Shown here in pieces: positions 7,543-17,666 of a stretch of 64,000 nt of DNA. Within the stretch, counting starts at the first letter, position 1. Every line of letters starts with the position of its first letter. The DNA is taken from positions 40,590 through 104,589 of the forward strand of contig URCJ01000001.1 in the NCBI GenBank assembly GCA_900546285.1, given 5' to 3'. The DNA comes from an uncultured Solobacterium sp. Its GTDB lineage: Bacteria; Bacillota_I; Bacilli_A; Erysipelotrichales; Erysipelotrichaceae. The notes beneath the pieces were generated by a model. That model ran no database searches, was not told the DNA's origin, and saw only the letters and a program-made list of their open reading frames with translations. The position numbers and the translations under genes were made by a program.

Positions 7543-10512
7543 ATGGCTAGTCTGCTTTATGTAAGAAGTGTATATAGTTTACTTTCAAGTATGTGCACGA
7601 TTCCAAGAATGGTTAAAAAGGCTAAGGAGAAGGGATATTCTTCTATTGGCCTTGTTGATAAGAATGTCTTGTCTGGGGCAATGAGTTTTTATAATGAATG
7701 TTTAAAAGAAAATATTAAGCCGGTTATTGGACTTGAAGTGGGTGTTAATGTTGATAGAATCGTTAGTGTTATTTTGTATGCTAAAGATGATTTTGGTTTT
7801 CAAAATCTTATGAGATTGTCAAGTGTTGTTAATACTGGCGTTGATAAGATAATTGATTTGGAAACTTTTAATAAGTACCGTGATCATAATTTTGTGGTGC
7901 TTAAGTCTGAGGATGTTCCTTATTTTGATAGTGAAGATATAAATACTAGTATAAAGAAAGAAAAGGAAATATTTAATGATCATTTAGTAGCTTTCTTAGA
8001 TCACGATATGGCTGGCAACGTAAGAAGAGATGAAAAGTTAAGGCCTTTATTAAATGAGAATAAGATAAAGATTATAAAGATGTCTACAACTCTTTATATT
8101 GAAGAAGATGATTATATCGCTTATGAGGTTTTAAAGTGCATCAGGGATAAGAAGACTTTAGAAGAGAATGCTTATTATGAAAAGGATCGTCAGATTAAGG
8201 ATGCAGTTTTTGATGATGAATCTAGAAACTGTGATGTTTTGGCTGAAAACTGTAATGTGAAGATGGCTTTTAGGACTTCTTTGCCTGAATTTAAGACACC
8301 AAATGATGTTTCTTCAAAAGATTATTTAAGTGCTTTGTGTAAAGAAGGTTTAAAGAGAAGACTTAAGAATCATTTGACTAATGAATATATAAGTAGGCTT
8401 CAATATGAGCTTGATGTCATTATTAAGATGCATTTTGAGGATTACTTTTTGATTGTCTATGACTTTATCTTGTATGCCAAGAAAAATGGCATTATGGTTG
8501 GTCCTGGTAGAGGTAGTGCTGCTGGTTCTTTGGTTTCGTATTGTCTTGGTATTACGGAGATTGATCCGATTAAGTATGGTTTGTTGTTTGAAAGATTTTT
8601 AAATCCTGAGCGAATTTCAATGCCGGATATTGATACTGACTTCCCAGATGATAGAAGAGATGAAGTGGTGGCTTATGTTAAAGAGAAGTATGGTAAGGAT
8701 CATGTGGGTCATATTATTACTTATGGTACTTTAAAGACTAAGCAGGTCTTAAGGGATGTAGCTAGAGTTTTAAAGTATACAACGGTGGAGACTGATAGTA
8801 TCGCTAAGCTTATTCCTAATAGTTTGAACACTTCCTTGATGGATGCTTATAATACAATTCCTTTGTTTAATCAAAAGATTAATAGTGATAAGAAGTATCA
8901 ATTCTTGTTTGAAATAGCTTTAAAGCTTGAGGGTAATCCACGTCATGAGTCAACTCATGCGGCTGGTATTGTCTTTTCTAAGAATGTTTTATCTGATGTG
9001 GTTCCAATGATTTCGATAGAAAGTGATTTGGATTCTACTCAATATAGTGCTGAGTATCTTGAGGACTTGGGTTTAATTAAAATGGATTTCTTGGGGTTAA
9101 GAAATCTTGGTATAATTGCGGAAATTATGGATGATATTAATCCTAAGTTTGATATTAATAGGATTCCTTTGAATGATAAGAAGACTTTTGAACTTATTTC
9201 TAATGTGAATTTGTTGGGTGTTTTCCAATTAGAGTCTAATGGTATGCAAAATTTGGCTAGAAGGATGCGCCCTAATTCTTTTGAAGAATTGTCTATGATG
9301 ATAGCTTTGTTTAGACCGGGTCCTATGGAGAATATTCCTAGTTTCTTAGAGAACAGGGCACATAGGGAAAAGATTAAGTATTTAACTAAAGAATTAGAGC
9401 CTATTTTAAAAGAGACCTATGGGATTATTGTTTATCAGGAACAGATTATGTCAATTGCGCGTAAGTTGGCGAACTTTTCTTATGGTAAGGCGGATGTTTT
9501 AAGAAGGGCGATGTCTAAAAAGAAGGCTAAGGAGCTAGAAAAGCTTAAACCTGAGTTTATAGATGGCTGTTTAAAAAATGGCTATGATATAAGTTTGGCT
9601 AATGAGTTGTATGAATTGATATTGCGTTTTGCGAATTATGGTTTTAATAAGTCGCATTCGATTGCTTATGGTTTGGTGGCTTATCGTATGGCTTATTTGA
9701 AGGCTAATTATCCTTTGTACTTTTATAAGGCTTTACTTAATGGCACGATTGGTGCTAGTGAGAAGACTTATGCTTATATCAAGGAGATAAGAAGTAGAAA
9801 TATTGGCTTGCTTGGTTTATCTATTAATAAGTCAACTAATGAGTATCAAATTGTTGATGATAAGATTTTGTTGCCTTTAAGTATTTGTAAGGATGTTGGT
9901 AGTGCTAATGTTTCTAAGATTATAAAGGCTAAGCCTTTTACGTCTTATGTTGATGCGATTTGTAAGTTAACTGAAGAAGGCGTGGATATTAAGGCTTTGA
10001 CTAGTTTGATTGCGGGTGGTGCTTTTGATGAGTTTGGTTTGAGTAGATATTCAATGGCTCTTAATTTAAGTAGGGTTATTCAATATGCTAATTCTACCAA
10101 TGGTTTGAATTTGTTTGGTGGTGATGATACACCTATTATTGAGAATGTCGCTGATGATATGATGGTTTTGGCTTCTAAGGAAAAGGAAGTTTTGGGCTTT
10201 TATTTTAAGTTTGATCCAATCGAGAGAGTTAAACAAAAGTATCATATAAGTGTTCCTTCTATTAGTGAGATGAAGATGGGCAATGCCTGTGGTTTTGGCC
10301 AGATTGTGCGTATTAAACAGATTAGGACTAAGAAGGGACAAAGGATGTGTTTTGTGGATGTCAATGATGAGAGTGCTTCTATTTCATTGGCGGTTATGCC
10401 TAATATTTATGATCAATATATAGAAGGGTTGAATAAGGCTCATTATGTTTATTTTGAGGGTAAGAAGGAGAGAGAGGATTCACTTCTAATAAGAAAGATG
10501 GTGTTGTATTGA
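7543..10512 (+). CDS. dnaE: DNA polymerase III alpha subunit (DnaE-type, compact 989 aa)
   Basis: N-terminal PHP domain, catalytic core (GVFQLESNGMQNLARRMRP, FNKSHSIAYG) and C-terminal OB fold. Confidence 0.85.
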   Translation: MASLLYVRSVYSLLSSMCTIPRMVKKAKEKGYSSIGLVDKNVLSGAMSFYNECLKENIKPVIGLEVGVNVDRIVSVILYAKDDFGFQNLMRLSSVVNTGVDKIIDLETFNKYRDHNFVVLKSEDVPYFDSEDINTSIKKEKEIFNDHLVAFLDHDMAGNVRRDEKLRPLLNENKIKIIKMSTTLYIEEDDYIAYEVLKCIRDKKTLEENAYYEKDRQIKDAVFDDESRNCDVLAENCNVKMAFRTSLPEFKTPNDVSSKDYLSALCKEGLKRRLKNHLTNEYISRLQYELDVIIKMHFEDYFLIVYDFILYAKKNGIMVGPGRGSAAGSLVSYCLGITEIDPIKYGLLFERFLNPERISMPDIDTDFPDDRRDEVVAYVKEKYGKDHVGHIITYGTLKTKQVLRDVARVLKYTTVETDSIAKLIPNSLNTSLMDAYNTIPLFNQKINSDKKYQFLFEIALKLEGNPRHESTHAAGIVFSKNVLSDVVPMISIESDLDSTQYSAEYLEDLGLIKMDFLGLRNLGIIAEIMDDINPKFDINRIPLNDKKTFELISNVNLLGVFQLESNGMQNLARRMRPNSFEELSMMIALFRPGPMENIPSFLENRAHREKIKYLTKELEPILKETYGIIVYQEQIMSIARKLANFSYGKADVLRRAMSKKKAKELEKLKPEFIDGCLKNGYDISLANELYELILRFANYGFNKSHSIAYGLVAYRMAYLKANYPLYFYKALLNGTIGASEKTYAYIKEIRSRNIGLLGLSINKSTNEYQIVDDKILLPLSICKDVGSANVSKIIKAKPFTSYVDAICKLTEEGVDIKALTSLIAGGAFDEFGLSRYSMALNLSRVIQYANSTNGLNLFGGDDTPIIENVADDMMVLASKEKEVLGFYFKFDPIERVKQKYHISVPSISEMKMGNACGFGQIVRIKQIRTKKGQRMCFVDVNDESASISLAVMPNIYDQYIEGLNKAHYVYFEGKKEREDSLLIRKMVLY

Positions 10513-11171
10513 TGAAGATATTAATAGTTGATGATGAGATTAGAATTCGTGAAGTAGTTAAAGAGTATGCCCTGGTTAATGGTTATGTTTGCGATGAGGC
10601 AAGTGATGGCAAGAGTGCTGTTAATATGGCTTTAGCTAGCGATTATGATTGTATTATCTTGGATATTATGATGCCGGTTATGGATGGTTTTGAGGCTTGT
10701 AAGAAGATTAAGGAAGTCAAGGATACACCGATTATTATGCTTAGTGCAAGACAAGAAGAGGATGATAAGCTTTTTAGTTTTAATATGGGTGTTGATGATT
10801 ATGTAACCAAGCCTTTTTCGCCTAAGGAGTTGATGGCTAGAATTAAGGCCATTATGGCAAGGCACAATAAACATGAGAATGAGAAGTTTATTTATAAGGG
10901 TTTGGTTTGTGATTTTGATGCCCGTGAAGTTTATATTGATAAAGATAGGGTTAATTTGACTCCTAAGGAAAAGGAATTGTTGTTTTATTTTATTGATAAT
11001 AAGAATATTGTTTTGTCACGTGATAAAATATCTCGAGCAGTTTGGAAGATGGATTATATTGAGGGTGATCGTTCCGTGGATACTCATGTTAAGATGCTTA
11101 GAAAGAATTTGGGTGAGTATCGTGATTTGATTTGTACAGAAAGAGGATTGGGTTACAAGTTTGCGATTTAA
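10509..11171 (+). CDS. OmpR-family response regulator
   Basis: Receiver domain (MKILIVDDE...ILDIMMPVMDGF...IIMLSAR) with a winged-helix C-terminus. It overlaps the dnaE stop by 4 nt. Confidence 0.85.
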   Translation: MMKILIVDDEIRIREVVKEYALVNGYVCDEASDGKSAVNMALASDYDCIILDIMMPVMDGFEACKKIKEVKDTPIIMLSARQEEDDKLFSFNMGVDDYVTKPFSPKELMARIKAIMARHNKHENEKFIYKGLVCDFDAREVYIDKDRVNLTPKEKELLFYFIDNKNIVLSRDKISRAVWKMDYIEGDRSVDTHVKMLRKNLGEYRDLICTERGLGYKFAI

Positions 11172-12621
11172 TTTTAAGGGCATAAAGTTTAAGACCTGGC
11201 TATATTTTTTATTTTTTTCTTGTTTAATGCTGGTGCTATTAGGCTTTTTGTTGGTGGCTTTGATTAAGCCTTATTATCGTGAGAATCGTATTAAGATGAT
11301 TGATACCCTTGTTTCGACAATTGAGAATGAGCTTTTGGTTAATAAGCCAAGTGAGGCGTCTATCTCAAAGACTGATAGGCTTGTGAATAATAATAATGTT
11401 TGTGCTATTATTTATAATCAAAATGGTAGAAGGGTTTATAGTGCTGATTCTTTGGGTGAGTTATGTGTTTTTGATGAGTCTATTAATATCGATGGTGATG
11501 ATTTAGTTGTTTATGATGATGGTACTAAGCTTGTTGATAAATTGAATGAATATAATGTGATAAGTGAGACTTTAACATCTCCTACTACGGATTTGGAGAT
11601 GCTACTGTATGGTAAGAAGGTTTCTATTAATTTGGCTAATTATTATCTTTTGGTTAATGCACCATTAGAATTGCTTGATTCATATGTCGATTTTATTTTG
11701 AAGCAGTATTTGTTGTTGTCGATGTTTATAGTGATTTTGGCTTTGATTGTCTCTTTTTTGTTGGCAAATAAGATTACTTCCCCGATTGTTAATATGCAAA
11801 AAGAGGCTAGTAAACTAGCAGATGGCGATTATCATGTAAGTTTTAAGAGTGATAAAGAGTCTTATAGTGAGATTAATGCGTTAGCTAGTACCCTTGATGA
11901 TGCGACAGAAAAACTTTCAAAAATTGATGAGCTTAGAAAGGATTTACTTGCGAATGTGTCTCATGATTTAAGGACGCCGATTACTTTGATTAGGTCTTAT
12001 GCGGAGATGATTAAGGATATTTCAGGTGATGATCCAATTAAGAGGGATCAACATTTGGATGTTATTATCGATGAGACAGAATATTTGACTAAACTTATTA
12101 ATGATATGCAAGAGTATTCAAAGCTTCAGGCTGGTTTTATTAATTTGAATAAGTCTAATTTTGATATTGAGAAGTCTATTACAAATGTATGTAAACTGTT
12201 GTCTGGCTTAATGAAGGAAAAAAATATCACCCTAAAGAAGGGTCTTAAGAGTGTAATTGTTTATGGTGATGAGACAAAGATATCGGAAGTGATATACAAT
12301 TATCTTTCTAATGCGATTAAGCATTCAGATGAAAATTCAACTATTTATGTTTCTATTAGGGATAGTGAAGATAGTTTGTATTTTGAGGTTAAAGATGAGG
12401 GCGATGGTATAAGTGAGAAAGATCTTCCCTTTATTTGGGATCGCTATTACAAGATTGATAAGAATTTTAGAAGGAATGAGAATTCAACTGGATTGGGTTT
12501 GGCTATTGCGAAGGCTATTTTAGAGGCTCATGGTGCTAAGTATGGCGTAGTTTCTAAAGTAGGTGAAGGGTCAACTTTCTATTTTGAGTTGTCAAAGGAT
12601 TATGATGATGAGACAGAATGA
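11161..12621 (+). CDS. Sensor histidine kinase (two TM segments, HAMP, HisKA, HATPase)
   Basis: H-box LANVSHDLRTPIT; N, G1 and G2 boxes (GLGLAIAKAILEAHGAKYGV); two hydrophobic segments. Confidence 0.85.
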   Translation: MRFNFKGIKFKTWLYFLFFSCLMLVLLGFLLVALIKPYYRENRIKMIDTLVSTIENELLVNKPSEASISKTDRLVNNNNVCAIIYNQNGRRVYSADSLGELCVFDESINIDGDDLVVYDDGTKLVDKLNEYNVISETLTSPTTDLEMLLYGKKVSINLANYYLLVNAPLELLDSYVDFILKQYLLLSMFIVILALIVSFLLANKITSPIVNMQKEASKLADGDYHVSFKSDKESYSEINALASTLDDATEKLSKIDELRKDLLANVSHDLRTPITLIRSYAEMIKDISGDDPIKRDQHLDVIIDETEYLTKLINDMQEYSKLQAGFINLNKSNFDIEKSITNVCKLLSGLMKEKNITLKKGLKSVIVYGDETKISEVIYNYLSNAIKHSDENSTIYVSIRDSEDSLYFEVKDEGDGISEKDLPFIWDRYYKIDKNFRRNENSTGLGLAIAKAILEAHGAKYGVVSKVGEGSTFYFELSKDYDDETE

Positions 12622-13267
12622 TTATTTGAAGTTTATTAATTATGAGATTGAACAGGATTCTGAAATGTTTAAGGTTAATTCAGATACTGCGGCTTTGGGC
12701 ATGTTTTTAGAGCCTTTAAAGAAGAAGACGGTTTTGGATTTGGGTACTAATAATGGTGCTTTACTTTTGTATGCTCATTATCATAATGCGGGTCATTTGA
12801 TTGGGGTGGATATTTTTAAGGAGCCACTTGAATTGGCAAATGATAATTTAAAAAGGTATACAGATGATTATGAACTTATTAATTCAAGGATTCAGGACTT
12901 GGATATTGAGCCTGTTGATGTAGTGATTTGTAATCCACCTTTCTTTGAGATGGGCAATGTAAGAAGTAATAAGTTTTATAAGACGGCGATGTTTGAGGAG
13001 ACTTTGCTGCTAGATGATATGTTTAAAGCTTTTAGGAAGAATATGAAGGATAATGGTGAGGTTTATACTTTATATCCTGCTGAGAGGTTTCCTGAGTTTT
13101 ATAATATGTGTCTAAAGTATAAGCTTAAGATTATGAAGATTGCCTTTGTGCATGATGAGAATAGACCTTATGCGTCTAGGTTTGTGGCTAAGTTAAAGAT
13201 TGGTCCAATGACTAAGCTTAAGGTGTTAAAACCAATTATGATTAAGAATGGAATATTTGAGGTGTAG
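12602..13267 (+). CDS. Small SAM-dependent N6-adenine-type methyltransferase (YfiC/TrmN6-like, NPPF motif)
   Basis: Gly-rich SAM motif DLGTNNGALLL and catalytic CNPPFF. The track ORF starts at 12563 inside the kinase gene; the MMMRQ start at about 12602 is more plausible. Confidence 0.55.
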   Translation: MMMRQNDYLKFINYEIEQDSEMFKVNSDTAALGMFLEPLKKKTVLDLGTNNGALLLYAHYHNAGHLIGVDIFKEPLELANDNLKRYTDDYELINSRIQDLDIEPVDVVICNPPFFEMGNVRSNKFYKTAMFEETLLLDDMFKAFRKNMKDNGEVYTLYPAERFPEFYNMCLKYKLKIMKIAFVHDENRPYASRFVAKLKIGPMTKLKVLKPIMIKNGIFEV

Positions 13268-13385
13268 ATGCACCTTTTTTAAATATGTAAAAAACTTTCA
13301 GAAAATAAATGCGCAAAGAATTAACCTTTTTATGCGGTTTTTGTAAGCATGTGGTAACTAAGGTGGGCGCTGATGAGTAAAGCGC

Positions 13386-13413
13386 TTACAATTTAAAAAA
13401 TATCATGTATAAT
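13386..13413 (+). promoter_or_regulatory. Sigma-A-type promoter upstream of the sugar ABC operon
   Basis: TTACAA, a 16-nt spacer, then TGTATAAT (extended -10). Confidence 0.4.
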
Positions 13414-13498
13414 TAGAGGCGATGGAAGCGCTTGCACAGACTTGGGGTGTATGGAGCTTACAAAATTTAGGTACTAAAGGTACAAAAGAGGAGAACAA

Positions 13499-14608
13499 AT
13501 GAAAAAAATTTTAACTGTCTTACTTAGTATTGCAATGATCTTTACATTGGCTGCTTGTAGTGGTGGTAGTGATGACAATGGTGGTGCTACTACTACTGGT
13601 GGTAGTGATGTAGAACAAGTTGCAGTATTCTGGTACACATTCGCTGATGACTATTTGTCAACTGTACGTGCTGCTTTAAATAATGAATTTAAGGCTGCTG
13701 GTGTTTCTTACAAGGACTATGATGGTAACGGTAACCAAACAGATCAAACAAACCAAATCACTACTGCTTTAGCTGCTGGTGTTAAGGTGTTAGTTGTAAA
13801 CCAAGTTGAATCTAACTCTGTTGATACTACTAAGGCTATCTTAGATGCTGCTAAGGCTGCTGATGCAAAGGTTGTATTCTTCAATAGATCAATTTCTGCT
13901 GATGATGCTGAAGCTGAAGCATTATTAAATGAATATGGTTCTGCATTCGTTGGTACTGACTATGAACAAGCTGGTCACTACGAAGGTAAGATCATTGGTG
14001 ATTACTTACTAGCTAACTATGATGCATTAGATCTAAACAAAGATGGTAAGATTTCTTACGTTATGTTAAAGGGTCAAGAAGGTAATACAGAAGCTATCGC
14101 TAGAACTCAATTCTCAGTTGAAGATGCTAACGCTATGTTAAAAGAAGCTGGCAAGCCTGAATTAGCTTACTATGATGAAAAGGCTACTACTCAATACTTA
14201 GTAGATGCTAACGGTACTTGGTCTCAAGAAGCTGCATTCAATCATTTAGAAACAGTATTAGCTCAATACAATGAAGCTAACAACAATATGCCTGAATTAA
14301 TCATCGCTAACAATGATGGTATGGCTCTAGGTGCTATCCAATCATTACAAGGCCATGGTTATAACGATGGTAAGGGTACTACTATTCCAGTATTTGGTGT
14401 TGATGCTATCCAAGCTGCAAAAGACGCTATCGATGCTGGTAACATGACTGGTACAGTAAAACAAGATGGTGAAGGTATGGCTAAGGTTGTTTGCTTAACT
14501 GCTAATAACTTAATCGCTGGTGAAGCTCCAGTTACTAACATTCCTGCTGAATATGAAGCAGTTGGTACATGGAGAGTTAACATTCCTTATTCAGCTTATA
14601 CTAAATAA
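13499..14608 (+). CDS. Sugar ABC transporter periplasmic-binding lipoprotein (CUT2, MglB/RbsB-like)
   Basis: Lipobox LAACSGG, type I PBP fold pattern, and the following two-domain ATPase and MglC-like permease. Confidence 0.8.
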   Translation: MKKILTVLLSIAMIFTLAACSGGSDDNGGATTTGGSDVEQVAVFWYTFADDYLSTVRAALNNEFKAAGVSYKDYDGNGNQTDQTNQITTALAAGVKVLVVNQVESNSVDTTKAILDAAKAADAKVVFFNRSISADDAEAEALLNEYGSAFVGTDYEQAGHYEGKIIGDYLLANYDALDLNKDGKISYVMLKGQEGNTEAIARTQFSVEDANAMLKEAGKPELAYYDEKATTQYLVDANGTWSQEAAFNHLETVLAQYNEANNNMPELIIANNDGMALGAIQSLQGHGYNDGKGTTIPVFGVDAIQAAKDAIDAGNMTGTVKQDGEGMAKVVCLTANNLIAGEAPVTNIPAEYEAVGTWRVNIPYSAYTK

Positions 14609-14630
14609 TTTAGCTTAACTGATTAACTAA

Positions 14631-14665
14631 GTAGCCACGCTAAAGGCGTGGCTACTATTATATTT
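14631..14665 (+). terminator. Intercistronic stem-loop between binding-protein and ATPase genes (partial terminator/attenuator)
   Basis: GTAGCCACGC-taaag-GCGTGGCTAC makes a 10-bp perfect stem followed by a T-rich stretch. Confidence 0.45.
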
Positions 14666-14690
14666 AACTAACATAAAGGGGACTAATTTT

Positions 14691-16193
14691 ATGGCAAATG
14701 ATGTATTGCTTAGAATGGAACATATCAGTAAGTCATTCCCAGGTGTTAAGGCGCTAGATGATGTACAACTAACTGTTAAGGCGGGTACAGTACATGCTCT
14801 TATGGGTGAGAATGGTGCCGGGAAATCTACTTTGATGAAATGTTTATTCTCTGTTTACCACAAGGATAGTGGTCATATCTATCTTGAGGGTGAAGAAGTA
14901 GACTTTAAGGATTCCAAAGAAGCTTTGGAACACGGTGTAGCGATGGTACACCAAGAACTTAATCAAGCTTTAAAAAGAAATGTAATGGATAACATGTGGC
15001 TAGGTCGTTATCCTAAGGTTGATGGCTTCCCGCTATTTACAAGTGAGAAGAAAATGTATAAGGCCACAAAAGAAATTTTTGATCAATTAGAAGTTAATGT
15101 TGATCCTAAAACAGTTATGTCAACAATGCCTGTATCTCAAAGACAAATGGTCGAGATTGCTAAGGCAGTATCATATAATTCGAAGGTTATCGTATTTGAC
15201 GAACCAACATCTTCTTTGACTGAAGTTGAGGTTGAACATTTATTTAAGATTATCAACCAATTGAAGGCAAAGGGTTGTGGTATCATCTATATTTCTCATA
15301 AGATGGATGAAATCTTGAGAATTTCAGATGAAGTAACTATCATGCGTGATGGAAAATACATAACTACAAAAGACGCAAAAGATTTAACAACTAATGAAAT
15401 TATTAAGTTGATGGTAGGTAGAGAGCTTACTAATGTATATCCTGTTAAGGATAATGTTATTGGTGAACCGCTTCTTGAAGTTAAGAATCTTACTGCTGAA
15501 TATTCTAAATTAAATGATGTTTCATTTAAGGCAAATAGAGGTGAGATCTTAGGCATTGCTGGACTTGATGCAAGTGGTCGTACAGAATTACTTGAAAACA
15601 TCTTCGGTAATGCGACAAGAAAGAGTGGCGAGATTTATCTTGACGGTAAGCTTGTAAAGAACAAGAATCCTCGTGAATCAATTAAAAATGGTTTCGCTCT
15701 AGTTACAGAAGAAAGAAGAGCTACTGGTATCTTCGGTATCCGTGATATCCAAGCTAATACTTGTATTTCTTCGCTAGATAAGTATATGAATGGTCCATTC
15801 TTGAATGATAAGAAGATGTATGATGCTACACAGTGGGGTATTGACTCCCTAAAGACAAAGACTCCAAACCAAAAGACAAGAATTGAGTCTTTATCAGGTG
15901 GTAACCAACAGAAAGTTATTATCGCAAGATGGTTATTAACAGAGCCAGATGTTCTACTACTAGATGAACCAACAAGAGGTATCGACGTTGGTGCTAAGTA
16001 TGAAATCTATGAATTGATTATTAATTTGGCTAAGCAAGGAAAATGTGTACTAATGGTATCTTCGGAAATGGCTGAACTATTAGGTGTATGCGATAGAATC
16101 TTGGTAATGAGTGGTGGTCGTTTAGCAGGTGAAGTTGATGCTAAGACAGCTACACAGGAAGAGATTATGACTCTTGCTGCTAAATATGCATAA
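14691..16193 (+). CDS. Sugar ABC transporter ATP-binding protein with duplicated ABC domains (MglA/RbsA-like)
   Basis: 500 aa; Walker A GENGAGKST and a second degenerate domain; LSGGNQQKV signature. Confidence 0.9.
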   Translation: MANDVLLRMEHISKSFPGVKALDDVQLTVKAGTVHALMGENGAGKSTLMKCLFSVYHKDSGHIYLEGEEVDFKDSKEALEHGVAMVHQELNQALKRNVMDNMWLGRYPKVDGFPLFTSEKKMYKATKEIFDQLEVNVDPKTVMSTMPVSQRQMVEIAKAVSYNSKVIVFDEPTSSLTEVEVEHLFKIINQLKAKGCGIIYISHKMDEILRISDEVTIMRDGKYITTKDAKDLTTNEIIKLMVGRELTNVYPVKDNVIGEPLLEVKNLTAEYSKLNDVSFKANRGEILGIAGLDASGRTELLENIFGNATRKSGEIYLDGKLVKNKNPRESIKNGFALVTEERRATGIFGIRDIQANTCISSLDKYMNGPFLNDKKMYDATQWGIDSLKTKTPNQKTRIESLSGGNQQKVIIARWLLTEPDVLLLDEPTRGIDVGAKYEIYELIINLAKQGKCVLMVSSEMAELLGVCDRILVMSGGRLAGEVDAKTATQEEIMTLAAKYA

Positions 16194-16202
16194 ATTAGGG
16201 GG

Positions 16203-17237
16203 ATGACACTAATGTCTGAAAAGAATAACAAATTTGATTCTAAAAAGCTTGTAGACTTTTTATTCAACAATGCGATGTTCATTATCATTGCGTTGGTAAT
16301 TGTATATGTTGCGATTAAAAGACCTGCTTTCTTAGGTACTGCTTCAATCGTTAACGTAATCTCATTGACTGCATCTAAGCTTCCAATTGCTTTAGGTGTT
16401 GGTGGTTGTATTGTTTTGGCTGGTACCGATATTTCTGCTGGTAGAATTGTTGGTTTATCTGCCGTTGTTACTGCTTCATTATTGACTACATCTTCTAAGA
16501 TTTGGCCAAATATGACACAAGCTCTACCTATTCCAGTTGTATTGTTAATTGTTGTTTTGATTGGTGCTGCTATTGGTTTTGTGAATGGTTTCTCTGTTGC
16601 GAAGTTTAGCTTACACCCATATATCGTTACATTATCAACACAACTTATTACTTATGGTATTATTCTTGTTTATATGATGTCTGGTACAAATAATGGCCAA
16701 ACATTATCAGGTATGATTGAACCATATAAGAATTTGATTGCTGGTCCACTTTTCAAGATTGGTACAGTTGCTGTTCCTAAATATGTGCTATACTCATTAA
16801 TCTTCTTAATTGTAATGTGGGTTATTTGGAACAAGACTGAATTTGGTAAGAATATGTTTGCGGTAGGTTCTAATAAGACTGCTGCTGAAGTATCTGGTGT
16901 TAACGTTGAAAAGACAATCATCTTAGTATTCGTTCTTGCTGGTGTTATGTATTCATTAGCCGGATTTATCGATGCTGCTAGAGTTGGTAGTGCTACTGCT
17001 AATACAGGTCTAAACTATGAAGCCGATGCAATTTCTGCTTGTGTAATCGGTGGTGTATCATTCGTTGGTGGTACTGGTAAGATTTCTGGATTATTTATCG
17101 GTGTTGTACTACTTCAATTAATTTTCGTTGCTCTTAACTTCTTAGCAGTAAATCAAAATATGCTTTATATCATTAAGGGTTTAATTATTTTGATTGCTTG
17201 TGCTATTGATATGCGTAAATATCTAACTAAGAAATAA
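16203..17237 (+). CDS. Sugar ABC transporter permease (MglC/RbsC-like)
   Basis: 344 aa polytopic membrane protein with the conserved CUT2 permease pattern. Confidence 0.85.
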   Translation: MTLMSEKNNKFDSKKLVDFLFNNAMFIIIALVIVYVAIKRPAFLGTASIVNVISLTASKLPIALGVGGCIVLAGTDISAGRIVGLSAVVTASLLTTSSKIWPNMTQALPIPVVLLIVVLIGAAIGFVNGFSVAKFSLHPYIVTLSTQLITYGIILVYMMSGTNNGQTLSGMIEPYKNLIAGPLFKIGTVAVPKYVLYSLIFLIVMWVIWNKTEFGKNMFAVGSNKTAAEVSGVNVEKTIILVFVLAGVMYSLAGFIDAARVGSATANTGLNYEADAISACVIGGVSFVGGTGKISGLFIGVVLLQLIFVALNFLAVNQNMLYIIKGLIILIACAIDMRKYLTKK

Positions 17238-17629
17238 TGGAAGATAAGGAAATTAAAAAAACCGAATCTAATAATAATGGCGAGCCTAATAGCTCGCCAT
17301 TACAACTAAGAGGTCTTTATTCAAAAGTAAAGATTTCAGTAAAGACTCTTGATAAGATTATCGGTGTATTGTTTGTGGCAATCGTTATTTGTGTCGTTAT
17401 TGGTTTGACTAATAATGGTTTCAAAGTAGATTTTAATTCTTTGGGTGGCTCTTATATTGAACCTAAACGATATGAATATGGTGAAAAGGTTGAGGTAGAA
17501 AATCCAACAAGAGAGGGTTATGAATTTGATTATTGGGCACTCGATGAAAATTGTAATATCAGAGCTAATCTAGATACGATGATTGTTGATAGCGATTTTA
17601 TCTTATATGCTTGTTGGTTAAAAAAATAA
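17237..17629 (+). CDS. Small membrane-anchored protein with a Listeria-Bacteroides-type repeat-like C-terminus
   Basis: One TM segment (IIGVLFVAIVICVVIGL) and C-terminal EGYEFDYWALDENCN; start overlaps the permease stop. Confidence 0.4.
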   Translation: MEDKEIKKTESNNNGEPNSSPLQLRGLYSKVKISVKTLDKIIGVLFVAIVICVVIGLTNNGFKVDFNSLGGSYIEPKRYEYGEKVEVENPTREGYEFDYWALDENCNIRANLDTMIVDSDFILYACWLKK

Positions 17630-17666
17630 ACGTGAGTTTATTTTTTTTATATAGTAATATGTAGAT

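Noticed and set aside
12563-12601. Upstream start of the small methyltransferase ORF inside the histidine-kinase gene.
   Set aside because: It would give a 39-nt overlap with no RBS. The MMMRQ start at about 12602 overlaps the kinase stop in the usual coupled fashion.
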